Assembly (NCBI GenBank): GCA_965205525.1
Contig: OZ242171.1
Span: 89,993 to 153,992 of the forward strand
Direction: 5' to 3'
Length of the DNA stretch: 64,000 bases
From: Gammaproteobacteria bacterium
GTDB taxonomy: Bacteria > Pseudomonadota > Gammaproteobacteria > JABABF01
Shown one piece after another: positions 9,801 to 17,784 of the stretch. The notes beneath the pieces are model-generated. The model saw only the letters and a list, made by a program, of their open reading frames with translations, did no database searches and was not told the DNA's origin. Each line of letters begins with the position of its first letter. Position 1 is the first letter of the stretch. The position numbers and the translations under genes were made by a program.

Positions 9801-12800
9801 GAGGCAGGGCAGCCGGGTCAGCACGGCAACGGCGACTCTGATGCCGTCAGATACTCAGGCGGAGGCTGTGTTCTCGGGGCGTGATCTGGGCCAGGGCGAG
9901 TGGATATTTTCGGCATCGCTGCTGACAGATACGGAAAATATTGTGGATTTGCCGACAGTCCGGGCGACACTGCGCATTGGCAGTCCGCTTATCAGGCTTT
10001 CAAACCTGTCGGGGGCAATACTGCAAGGAGCAGGTCTGAATATCAAAGTGAGTACGGAGGGACACCCCGTGCTGGAGGATGCAGAGGTGACCCTGCGGGC
10101 AACGCTGCAGGAAGGCACTCAGCCTCGGGCGGTGATGGGATTATTACGGGAAGGGCAGACATCGGTTACGGTGACCTTTGCTGGCGAAAATGCCCTGACC
10201 GTGGGTGACTGGGCCTTGTCAGCAGAATCATCAATCCTGTCCACAGATACAAATTCTGTGCTTGTAGTGACCGTCGGGCCGCCTTTGCCCAGGCTGACCC
10301 TCTCCCTGCAGGAGACTGCAGAGCCAGAGGTGCCGGCAGGCAGTACTTTGGGGATTACGGTAATGGCGGATCGTCCCCTGATGCAGGACCTGACGGTGGC
10401 GGTACAGGCGGTTCGTACCGTTACAGCACCGCCGACGGTGATGACAGCAACGGTGACGACTCAGCTGTTTGCAGGAGAGGAGATGGGAAGGGTACTCTTT
10501 GAAGGGGAGAATGTACTGTCTCCGGGCCAATGGGTCCTTACGATTGCGGAGGTCCTGCCCGAGGACTCTGCCGAAGTATCCACATCCACTCAGCAGCTGC
10601 AGGTGAGGGTAGGACCATCAGCCCTTGGCCTGTCGGCGCCGATGGGTCTGTTCCAAGGGCAGGAGGCGGCGATTGAGGTAAATACGGAGGTGGCGCTGGG
10701 GGTGGAGGTGCGTGTCATGGTGACGGCAACCCATGCATCTACTCCAACCATAACGGCATCAGCCGCCGCCGTACTTGGGCCCCGCACACTTGCCGCCGAA
10801 GCGAGGTTCCCTGCGAACATGCTGAGCCTGGTGAGAGAGGGGACTTGGAATTTTGAGATTACTGCGGCGACGCCCTCTGTGCTGATGACAGATACGGAAG
10901 AGTTTCCCCTAGTGGACTTCACAGAGACGACGGTAACACTGCAAGTGACAGTGCCGAGAGAGCCGACTCTTTTCCTGGAGTTGCCGCCGCAGCCGGTGGA
11001 CCCGGCCCAGCCTGTGTCTATCCGCCTGCAGAAGAGCACGACTATAAGTGAAAGGCTGACCGTGGATATAACGGCAATGCGGCCGTTCGGCGAAAGGACA
11101 CTCACCAGCACAGCAACGGCAATGCTTTCGTCTTCTGACACAATGGCGACGGCGGTATTTGGCCCGGGAGCACTCTCTGCCGGCAGATGGACCCTGACGG
11201 CGAGTGTGAGACCGCCCGGGGCAGTGCCGGTTTTCCCTCCTACGGCAACGATGACGGTGCGCTCTCCCCTGCTTCGCCTGCAGCGGCTGGGGCCGGCTTC
11301 GGTGGCAGCGGGCACCCGGGTCGCGGTGAGGGTGGAAGCGGAGGCCATGCCGGAGGATGAGGGGCTCGGTGTGAGGGTCATCGCGCGCCAGGCGATGCGA
11401 GCGGATAGAGAGAGGAGCGCCGTGCTGGGATCTCAGTCTGATTTCTCTGCCGATGTGGAGTTCACTTCGCTGCCGCCCGGGGAATGGATGCTGACGGCGG
11501 AGGCAGAGCGGCCTGATGCATTCCGAACGGAGAATGCTCGGGACACGGTCACCGTAGAGCCCGCTGTCCTGACCCTGACCCCTGTGCTGGAAAGGGTGCC
11601 GGCAGGGGAGTCGGCGCGTCTTATCCTGGGCAGTGTCGTGCCTCTCGGCGTGGCTGTGAATCTAAATGTGGTGGCGGAGCCGGTCTCTCCGTCATTTTTG
11701 CCACAGATGACAGCTGTAAATCTGGACGCGGCTTCAACCTCCACAATAGTCGTGTATGACCCTGGCGAACTGGCTCCGGGAATATGGAATTTTAATGTGC
11801 AGGTGATGGATGCGGCTGTCCGGACGGCGGCAGATGTGTCAATGGCGACCGCGACACTGCGGATTGCTGCTCCCCTTGTCAGGCTTTCTAATCTGTCGGG
11901 CGAAATACTGCAGGGAGCAGAGCTGAATATCAGGGTGAGCACGGAGGGAATGGTTCCTGTGGCAGGGGATGCGGAGGTGACCCTGCGGGCGACGCTGCAG
12001 GAAGGCACCCAGCAGCGGACGGTGACGGGAAGATTGCTGGAGGGGCAGACATCGGTCACGGTGACCTTTGCCGGCGAAAATGCCCTCACTGAGGGTGACT
12101 GGACCGTGTCGGCGGAGACAGCATCAACGCTGCTGCAGACGGATGCAAATCTTTCTTCTCTGACAGTGATTGTCGGGCCGCCGCCCCGGCTCCTTTTGGA
12201 GCGGACTGGCGGAAGTACCCTCGTTGCCTCGGACGGGATGATAACGCTTATCCTGCGCCTGATGCCAGCACTATCCTCCACGGTCACGGTGACCGTGGCG
12301 GTGACCGATGAAGACAACAATACGATATCAGAGCAGCAGGTAGCTCTGTCCTCTTCCCTGCAGCTCACTTTCAGCGCCAGTGATTTAGGAACAGGCCACC
12401 GGCGCTTTACTGCCCGGGGGCCGGCAGGAGTATTGGAAGACAGCGGAGCCGAGGTGACCGTGCAGGTGGTCACTGTTGTTAGTGTCGTTCTGTCTGCAAA
12501 TCCCGAGGAGGATGTCTTCCCGGGCGATGAGGTGCGCCTATCGGCAGAAGTACTCTCCGGGTCAGACCCGGCCGGGATAGATGTCGTGCTGGAGGTGGCA
12601 GTTACAGCTCCCGATGGAAGCATGCGCAGCAATGTCCTGATTCCAGTGTCGGCTGAAACCTCTACGGGCACCCTGACCTTTATCCCGGATGCAGTGCCGG
12701 GCATCTGGAATTTCAACGTATTCAACGTAATAGAGAGCGATGTGATAAGCGTATCTACGACACTTATAGTGATGGTGGCGGCAGTCGTGCCCCTGCCCCT

Positions 12801-13173
12801 GGATTTCAATGATCCATCGGACGACGATGTAAGCGCAGATGACTTGGTGCTGCTTCTGCGCTATGAGAGGCTGTGTGCAGAGGGAAGTTCCCCGCCGTTG
12901 CCGGCCAGCTGCACTGACCTCGGTTCCGAGGCACTGGCGGCTGGACTTGCCCTTGAAAGTTCTCCCGACCGGCTGGCAGATCTGCAGAATGTCCGGCTGC
13001 CGGATGTGACCGGCACTGGTGTCGGCAGTGTGCAGACACTGACTATACTGCTGCAGGCCTTGGCAAATGTCCAAGACGAATTACTTCTTCCCGCCGCTGC
13101 TTCATCCGCCGAGGCCGAGCAGGCTCGCGATGCGCGGCTTCGCATTATTCGGCAGCTCCTGGGACGGGAATAG
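6775..13173 (+). CDS. Giant secreted repeat protein, paralog 2. Order: signal peptide, two propeller+Ig+Ig units, five divergent Ig-like domains, one extra Ig (B) domain, conserved C-terminal cassette.
   Basis: The signal peptide is MLDSPKLGMLVRQIRIVLLLPLLLLASASVLAQA, with cleavage predicted before PRLTLSVDQG. I placed the start at ATG 6775 because the homologous position is ATG/GTG in all three complete genes. ATG 6799 (MLVRQIR) is an alternative. No clear Shine-Dalgarno precedes either. The ORF-track start at 6727 lies in the conserved leader hairpin and was rejected. Confidence 0.8.
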   Translation: MLDSPKLGMLVRQIRIVLLLPLLLLASASVLAQAPRLTLSVDQGVPSGEMRLVQTDVHFFTSGSNVGGIAVSPDGRWLLASSGSSITVWEIDSAKGIVTQRSAQSSAGLRGNLAVSRDSSLVFASDRASNSTITISVWRLNADDGGLEEVAEYADGGLDAAGNTIRGLFVTRGFTLRLVLSPDDRLLFVTSRAGSNNGALSVWSVNPSGTLVQTDVHLSAGASDTQGLNRIARAAVTPDGRLLFAGSFHGSHSFFSSTLGIWRVNAEASTVSFVRTLSDRRMLRNPRIVTLGPDGRFLFVSNLIRGAEIDPLSVYEVNAAEENLASVASYGEDISGDTIGLAATREVLAVAEVDQRSVALWQRNDNGTLSFASRHDSVRPILLAASPAGGLVFSTSNSLDGPDGITVWQVQGIPRVSAGDDVRVMVNAAQALGSALTVTVQAKQGSRVSTATVTLMPSDTQAAAVFSRSDLGQLSQLGQGEWIFSASVSADMADIADVSAARATLRISGPLVRLSNLSGVIPAGADLNIRVSTEGMVPVTGDREVTLQAAQEGARPRTVMGLLRAGQAEVTVTFASRESLTEGDWVLSASSILSTDENSVLAVTVGPPLTLSVNQGVPSGEMMLVQTDANTGVASGTGEGIAVSPDGRWLLASGGGGITVWEIDSVRGIVTQRSAHTGAGLGGRGLAVSRDSSLVFASDRGSSISVWRLGADDGRLEEAAKYTGGGTDAAGNTIRGLASIWDVVLSPDDRLLFVTSNRVSNNGTLSVWSVNVSGTLVQTDVHVSAGASDTEGLNRIAGAAVTPDGRLLFAGSFYDYGSLDSSTLGIWRVNAEASTVSFVRTLSDRRMLRRPRVVTLGPSGRFLFVSSQVFNNAQTDPLSVYKVNAAEENLASVASYGEDISLETVGLAATREVLTVAELARISVGSSVALWQRNASGTLSFVSRHASESPVGLAASPAGGLVFSNSRDGFFITVWQVQGIPRVPAGQEVRVMVNAEQALGSALTVTVQARQGSRVSTATATLMPSDTQAEAVFSGRDLGQGEWIFSASLLTDTENIVDLPTVRATLRIGSPLIRLSNLSGAILQGAGLNIKVSTEGHPVLEDAEVTLRATLQEGTQPRAVMGLLREGQTSVTVTFAGENALTVGDWALSAESSILSTDTNSVLVVTVGPPLPRLTLSLQETAEPEVPAGSTLGITVMADRPLMQDLTVAVQAVRTVTAPPTVMTATVTTQLFAGEEMGRVLFEGENVLSPGQWVLTIAEVLPEDSAEVSTSTQQLQVRVGPSALGLSAPMGLFQGQEAAIEVNTEVALGVEVRVMVTATHASTPTITASAAAVLGPRTLAAEARFPANMLSLVREGTWNFEITAATPSVLMTDTEEFPLVDFTETTVTLQVTVPREPTLFLELPPQPVDPAQPVSIRLQKSTTISERLTVDITAMRPFGERTLTSTATAMLSSSDTMATAVFGPGALSAGRWTLTASVRPPGAVPVFPPTATMTVRSPLLRLQRLGPASVAAGTRVAVRVEAEAMPEDEGLGVRVIARQAMRADRERSAVLGSQSDFSADVEFTSLPPGEWMLTAEAERPDAFRTENARDTVTVEPAVLTLTPVLERVPAGESARLILGSVVPLGVAVNLNVVAEPVSPSFLPQMTAVNLDAASTSTIVVYDPGELAPGIWNFNVQVMDAAVRTAADVSMATATLRIAAPLVRLSNLSGEILQGAELNIRVSTEGMVPVAGDAEVTLRATLQEGTQQRTVTGRLLEGQTSVTVTFAGENALTEGDWTVSAETASTLLQTDANLSSLTVIVGPPPRLLLERTGGSTLVASDGMITLILRLMPALSSTVTVTVAVTDEDNNTISEQQVALSSSLQLTFSASDLGTGHRRFTARGPAGVLEDSGAEVTVQVVTVVSVVLSANPEEDVFPGDEVRLSAEVLSGSDPAGIDVVLEVAVTAPDGSMRSNVLIPVSAETSTGTLTFIPDAVPGIWNFNVFNVIESDVISVSTTLIVMVAAVVPLPLDFNDPSDDDVSADDLVLLLRYERLCAEGSSPPLPASCTDLGSEALAAGLALESSPDRLADLQNVRLPDVTGTGVGSVQTLTILLQALANVQDELLLPAAASSAEAEQARDARLRIIRQLLGRE
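6877..8595 (+). repeat. Module unit 2.1: propeller + A + B.
   Basis: It starts immediately after the signal-peptide AQA site with PRLTLSVDQGVPSGEMRLVQTD. Its A domain is a variant (VSAGDDVRVMVNAAQ). Confidence 0.85.
8596..10287 (+). repeat. Module unit 2.2: propeller + A + B.
   Basis: The junction is PLTLSVNQGVPSGEMMLVQTD. The A string lies at about 9720. Confidence 0.85.
10288..11865 (+). repeat. Block of five divergent Ig-like domains of about 100 aa each (E1-E5).
   Basis: The block starts PRLTLSLQETAEPEVPAGSTL. Every domain ends with the same pattern as A and B: ...G.W.L[TS]A ... [VL].V. E1 and E2 recur in paralog 4 at 25168-25839. E3-E5 occur only here. Confidence 0.7.
11866..12189 (+). 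repeat. Extra domain-B copy preceding the 3' cassette of paralog 2.
   Basis: The sequence AAPLVRLSNLSGEILQGAELNIRVSTEGMVPVAGDAEVTLRATLQEG is homologous to all other B domains. Confidence 0.8.
12190..13173 (+). repeat. Conserved 3' cassette, copy 2.
   Basis: It is homologous over its full length to 5600-6583. It carries a 9-nt tandem duplication (TTCAACGTA twice) that gives NFNVFNV. Confidence 0.9.
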
Positions 13174-13457
13174 AGAGCAGTATCTGTTCTTCATGCCCTG
13201 AAACCCACTTTGCGATCCATTTCTTGCCTGCGATCTTATAGGTGCGCTCCTTGCAAACTGGAATGGCACTAGTAAAAGGGGGGGGGGGGGAGCAAAAATA
13301 CCCGAATAAGGTGAGCTGCAGCCCTGCCTGGGTTCCTCCTGCTGCAGCACAGCCGTTTGTGTTTGACAGGCCAAAACTTGGCATGCTGGTGCGGCAGATA
13401 AGAATAGTACTGCTGCTGCCTCTGCTGCTTGCCTCTGTCTCTGTTCTGGCACAGGCG
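13174..13457 (+). repeat. Conserved 5' cassette, copy 2.
   Basis: It shares the sequence of 6584-6876. It differs in having one ACTAGTA copy instead of two, an uninterrupted G13 tract, and a divergent stretch of about 30 nt after the tract. Confidence 0.9.
13278..13290 (+). repeat. Homopolymeric G tract G13 in the leader of paralog 3.
   Basis: Read directly from the sequence: agtaaaaGGGGGGGGGGGGGagc. Confidence 0.95.
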
Positions 13458-16400
13458 CCCAGGCTGACCCTCTCGGTGGACCAGGGAGTGTCTTCGGGGG
13501 AGATGAGGCTGGTCCAGACTGATGCTAACACCGGCCTTGCAAATGGAGTTGGAGAAGGGCTTGCTGTCAGTCCAGACGGCAGGTGGCTGCTGGCCGGCGG
13601 CGGCATCGGCATCGGCATCACGGTCTGGGAGATAGACAGCGTCAGGGGCATTGTCACCCAGAGAAGTGCTCTTACGGGTAATTTCCTGGGAAGTAATGGC
13701 CTGGCAGTGAGCCGAGACAGCAGTCTTGTGTTTGCGTCGGACAGTGCCAGGGTTAGCACTATCAGTGTCTGGCGCCTGGATGCCGATAATGGCAGACTGG
13801 AGGAAGTGGCACAGTACACAGAGGGAGGAACAGATGCTGCAGGGAACACCGTCAGCGGGCTGGTTTCCACCTATGATGTCGTGCTGAGCCCGGATGACCG
13901 CCTGCTGTTTGTGACGAGCAGAGGGGAGTCAGACAGTGCCGGAGGCGCCCTCAGTGTGTGGAGTGTAAACACTTCCGGCACCCTTGTTCAGACCGATGTG
14001 CATGTCTCTGCCGGGGCTTCGGATACAGAGGGCTTGAACCGGGTTGCCGGTGCCGCCGTGACCCCGGACGGCCGCCTGCTGTTTGCAGGGTCATTCTACG
14101 GTTCTAATTCATTAGACAACAGCACGCTCGGCATCTGGCGTGTGAATGCTGAAGCGTCTGCGGTTTCCTTTGTGAGGACTCTTTCCGACGGACGCATGCT
14201 GCAGAGACCCCGGGTTGTGACCCTCGGCCCCGCCGGCCGTTTTCTGTTTGTGTCCAGCCAGGTTGCTGCAGATGCTGAAACGGATCCACTGTCTGTTTAC
14301 GGAGTAAATGCTGCAGAGGAGAGTCTGGCAAATCTGGCCTCCTATGGCGAGGACATATCGGGGAGTGCCATCGGCCTGGCCGCCACCAGAGAAGTGCTGG
14401 CAGTGGCCGAATTTGCGCAGAATGGTGTTGCTCTTTGGCAGAGAAATGCTTCCGGCACCCTCAGTTTTGTCAGCAGGCATGCTTCAGAAAGCCCGGTTGG
14501 CCTGGCGGCCAGTCCGGCCGGCGGTCTGGTGTTTAGCAGTTCAGATCTTGGGTCTGAAGGCATCAGCGTCTGGCAGGTGCAGGGAATCCCGCGGGTGCCG
14601 GCGGGGCAGGAAGTGCGGGTGGTGGTGAATGCAGAGCGGGCGCCGGGCTCTGCCCTGACCGTGATGGTGCAGGCGCGGCAGGGCAGCCGGGTTCGCATGG
14701 CAGCGGCGACTCTGATGCCTTCAGATACTCAGGCGGAGGCCGTGTTCTCAGGGAGTGATCTGGGCCAGGGCGAGTGGATATTTTCGGCATCGGTGCCGGC
14801 AGATATGGCAGATGTTGCGGATGTATCGACGGCCCGGGCGACACTGCGCATCGGCAGTCCGCTTATCAGGCTTTCAAACCTGTCGGGCGTAATACCAGAA
14901 GGAGCAGATCTGAATATCAGAATAAGCACGGAGGGACACCCCGTGCTGGAGGATGCGGAGGTGACGCTGCGGGCAGCGCAGCAAGGCACCGAGCCTCGGA
15001 CAGCGATGGGATTATTACGGGAGGGGCAGACAACGGCTACGGTGACATTTACCGGCGAAAATGCCCTGACCGGGGGAGACTGGGTCTTGTCGGCAGAATC
15101 ATCAATCCTGTTCACAGATGCAAATTCTATGCTTGCAGTGACCGTTATACCGTCTTTGACCCTCTCCCTCTCGGTGGATCAGGGAGTACCCTCAGGGGAG
15201 ATAAGGCTGGTCCAGACTGATGCTAATACCAACCTTGCAAGTGGAACTGAAGAAGGGCTTGCCGTCAGTCCAGACGGCAGGTGGCTGCTTGCCAGCGGCG
15301 GCGGCGGCATCACGGTCTGGGAGATAGACAGCGTCAGGGGCATTGTCACCTCGGTTGAAACTTATACGGGTGCTGGCCTGGGAGGCCGTGGCCTGGCAGT
15401 GAGCCGAGACAGCAGTTTTGTGTTTGCGTCGGATGGTGCCAGTACTAGCACTATCAGTGTCTGGCGCCTGGATGCCGATGATGGCGGACTAGATCCAGTG
15501 GCAGAGTACACAGGGGGAGGAACAGATGCTGCAGGGAACACCGTCAGAGGGCTGATTTCCACCCATGATGTCGTGCTGAGCCCGGATGACCGCCTGCTGT
15601 TTGTGACGAGCAGAGGGGAGTCAGACAGGGCCGGAGGCGCCCTCAGTGTGTGGAGTGTAAACATTTCCGGCACCCTTGTTCAGACCGATGTGCATGTTTC
15701 TGCCGGGGCTTTGGATACAGAGGGCTTGAACCGGGCTGCCGGTGCCGCCGTGACCCCGGACGGCAGCCTGCTGTTTGTGGGCTCATACTACGACGATCGA
15801 TTCATTGTCGGGTTCAGCACGCTCGGCATCTGGCGTGTGAATGCTGAAGCGTCTGCGGTTTCCTTTGTGAGGACTCTTACAGACCCCCGGAGGCTGCGCA
15901 GGCCCCGGTTTGTGACCCTCGGCCCGGACGGCCGTTTTCTGTTTGTGTCCAGCCAGGTTTTTAATGATGCTGCAACAGATCCACTGTCTGTTTACGGAGT
16001 GAATACTGCAGAGGAGAATCTTGCAAATCTGGCATCCTATGGCGAGGGCATATTGGGGAATACCATCGGCCTGGCTGTCACCAGAGAAGTGCTGGCAGTG
16101 GCCGAATTTAATCGGGATAATGTCGCTCTTTGGCAGAGAAATGATGACGGCACCCTCCGTTTTGTCAGCAGGCATGCTTCATTCAGGCCGATTGGCCTGG
16201 CGGCCAGTCCGGCCGGCGGTCTGGTGTTTAGCAGTTCATCCTCAGAGTCTGAAGGCATCAGCGTCTGGCAGGTGCAGGGAATCCCGCGGGTGCCGGCGGG
16301 GCAGGAAGTGCGGGTGATGGTGAATGCAGAGCAGGCGCCGGACTCTGCCCGGACCGTGATGGTGCAGGCGAGGCAGGGCAGCCGGGTCAGCATGGCAGCG

Positions 16401-17495
16401 GCGACTCTGATGCCGTCAGACACTCAGGCGGAGGCCGTGTTCTCGGGGAGTGATCTGGGCCCGGGCGAGTGGATATTTTCGGTATCGGGGCTGACAGATA
16501 CGGCAAAACTGCGCATTAGCGGTCCGCTTGTCAGTTTGGAGCTGACTGGCGGAAGTGCCCTCGTTGCCTCGGACGGGATGATAACGCTTATCCTGCGCGT
16601 GATGCCGACACTATCCTCCACGGTCACGGTGACCGTGGCGGTGACCGATGAAGACAACAATACGATATCAGAGCAGCAGGTGGGTCTGTCCTCTTCCCTG
16701 CAGCTCACTTTCCGCGCCAGTGATTTGGGAACAGGCCGTCTGCGCTTTACTGCCCGGGGGCCGGCAGGAGTATTAGAAGACAGCGAAGCCGAGGTGACCG
16801 TGCTGGTGGGCACTGCTGCTAGTGTCGTTCTGTCTGCAAATCCCGAGGGGGATGTCTTCCCCGGCGATGAGGTGCGCCTGTCGGCAGCAGTACTCTCCGG
16901 GTCAGACCCGGCCGGGATATCTGTCATTCTGGAGGTGGCAGTTACAGATCCCGATGAAAGCACGCGCAGCAATGTCCTGATACCAGTGTCGGCTGAAACC
17001 TCTACGGGCGGCCTGACCTTTATCCCGGATGCAGTGTCGGGCACTTGGAATTTCAACGTAATAGAGAGCGATGTGATAAGCGCATCTACAAGACTTACAG
17101 TGGTGGTGGCGGCAGTCATGCCCCTGGACTTCAATGATCCATTGGACGAGGTAAACGCAGATGACTTGGTGCTGCTTCTGCGCTATGAGAGGCTGTGTGC
17201 AGAGGGAAGTTCCCCGCCGTTGCCGGCCAGCTGCACTGCCCTCGGTTCCGAGGCACTGGCGGCTGGACTTGCCTTTGAAAGTTCTTCCTACCGGCTGGCA
17301 GATCTGCAGAACGTCCGGCTGCCGGATGTGACCGGCACCGGTATCGGCAGTGTGCAGACACTGACTATACTGCTGCATGCCTTGGCAAATATCCAAGACG
17401 AATTGCTTCTTCCCGCCGCTGCTTCATCCGCCGAGGCCGAGCAGGCTCGCAATGCACGGCTTCGCATTATCCGGCAGATCCTGGGGCGGGAATAG
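13359..17495 (+). CDS. Giant secreted repeat protein, paralog 3, the shortest. Order: signal peptide, one propeller+Ig+Ig unit, one propeller+Ig unit, conserved C-terminal cassette.
   Basis: The architecture and cassettes match paralogs 2 and 4. GTG 13359 is homologous to ATG 6775 and ATG 17686; ATG 13383 (MLVRQIR) is the alternative start. The upstream part of the ORF-track call (13242-13358) reads through the poly-G tract of the intergenic cassette and is probably non-coding. Confidence 0.8.
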   Translation: MFDRPKLGMLVRQIRIVLLLPLLLASVSVLAQAPRLTLSVDQGVSSGEMRLVQTDANTGLANGVGEGLAVSPDGRWLLAGGGIGIGITVWEIDSVRGIVTQRSALTGNFLGSNGLAVSRDSSLVFASDSARVSTISVWRLDADNGRLEEVAQYTEGGTDAAGNTVSGLVSTYDVVLSPDDRLLFVTSRGESDSAGGALSVWSVNTSGTLVQTDVHVSAGASDTEGLNRVAGAAVTPDGRLLFAGSFYGSNSLDNSTLGIWRVNAEASAVSFVRTLSDGRMLQRPRVVTLGPAGRFLFVSSQVAADAETDPLSVYGVNAAEESLANLASYGEDISGSAIGLAATREVLAVAEFAQNGVALWQRNASGTLSFVSRHASESPVGLAASPAGGLVFSSSDLGSEGISVWQVQGIPRVPAGQEVRVVVNAERAPGSALTVMVQARQGSRVRMAAATLMPSDTQAEAVFSGSDLGQGEWIFSASVPADMADVADVSTARATLRIGSPLIRLSNLSGVIPEGADLNIRISTEGHPVLEDAEVTLRAAQQGTEPRTAMGLLREGQTTATVTFTGENALTGGDWVLSAESSILFTDANSMLAVTVIPSLTLSLSVDQGVPSGEIRLVQTDANTNLASGTEEGLAVSPDGRWLLASGGGGITVWEIDSVRGIVTSVETYTGAGLGGRGLAVSRDSSFVFASDGASTSTISVWRLDADDGGLDPVAEYTGGGTDAAGNTVRGLISTHDVVLSPDDRLLFVTSRGESDRAGGALSVWSVNISGTLVQTDVHVSAGALDTEGLNRAAGAAVTPDGSLLFVGSYYDDRFIVGFSTLGIWRVNAEASAVSFVRTLTDPRRLRRPRFVTLGPDGRFLFVSSQVFNDAATDPLSVYGVNTAEENLANLASYGEGILGNTIGLAVTREVLAVAEFNRDNVALWQRNDDGTLRFVSRHASFRPIGLAASPAGGLVFSSSSSESEGISVWQVQGIPRVPAGQEVRVMVNAEQAPDSARTVMVQARQGSRVSMAAATLMPSDTQAEAVFSGSDLGPGEWIFSVSGLTDTAKLRISGPLVSLELTGGSALVASDGMITLILRVMPTLSSTVTVTVAVTDEDNNTISEQQVGLSSSLQLTFRASDLGTGRLRFTARGPAGVLEDSEAEVTVLVGTAASVVLSANPEGDVFPGDEVRLSAAVLSGSDPAGISVILEVAVTDPDESTRSNVLIPVSAETSTGGLTFIPDAVSGTWNFNVIESDVISASTRLTVVVAAVMPLDFNDPLDEVNADDLVLLLRYERLCAEGSSPPLPASCTALGSEALAAGLAFESSSYRLADLQNVRLPDVTGTGIGSVQTLTILLHALANIQDELLLPAAASSAEAEQARNARLRIIRQILGRE
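13458..15149 (+). repeat. Module unit 3.1: propeller + A + B.
   Basis: It starts after the AQA site with PRLTLSVDQGVSSGEMRLVQTD and contains (GGCATC)3 at 13612-13629. Confidence 0.85.
15150..16518 (+). repeat. Module unit 3.2: propeller plus a short A domain; it joins the 3' cassette.
   Basis: The junction is PSLTLSLSVDQGVPSGEIRLVQTD. The A domain has the short tail SGLTDTAKLRI, as in unit 1.2. Confidence 0.8.
16519..17495 (+). repeat. Conserved 3' cassette, copy 3.
   Basis: It is homologous over its full length to the other three copies. Confidence 0.9.
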
Positions 17496-17784
17496 AGAGC
17501 AGTATCTGTTCTTCATGCCCTGAAACCCACTTTGCGATCCATTTCTTGCCTGCGATTCTTATAGGTGCGCCCCTTGCAACCGGAATGGCACTAGTAACTA
17601 GTAAAAGGGGGAGGGGGGATACAATTGCCGCAAGCAGGTGACCTGCAGCCCTGCTTGGATTCCTCCTGCTGCAGCACAGTTGTTTATGTTAGATAGTTCA
17701 AAACTTGGCATACTGGTGCGGCAGATAAGAATAGTACTGTTGCTGCCTCTGTTGCTTGCCTCTGTCTCTGTTCTGGCACAGGCG
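17496..17784 (+). repeat. Conserved 5' cassette, copy 3.
   Basis: It is almost identical to 6584-6876. The G tract is one G shorter, and the ATG has changed to ATA at 17710-17712. Confidence 0.9.
17607..17618 (+). repeat. Homopolymeric G tract G5-A-G6 in the leader of paralog 4.
   Basis: Read directly from the sequence: gtaaaaGGGGGaGGGGGGata. Confidence 0.95.
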
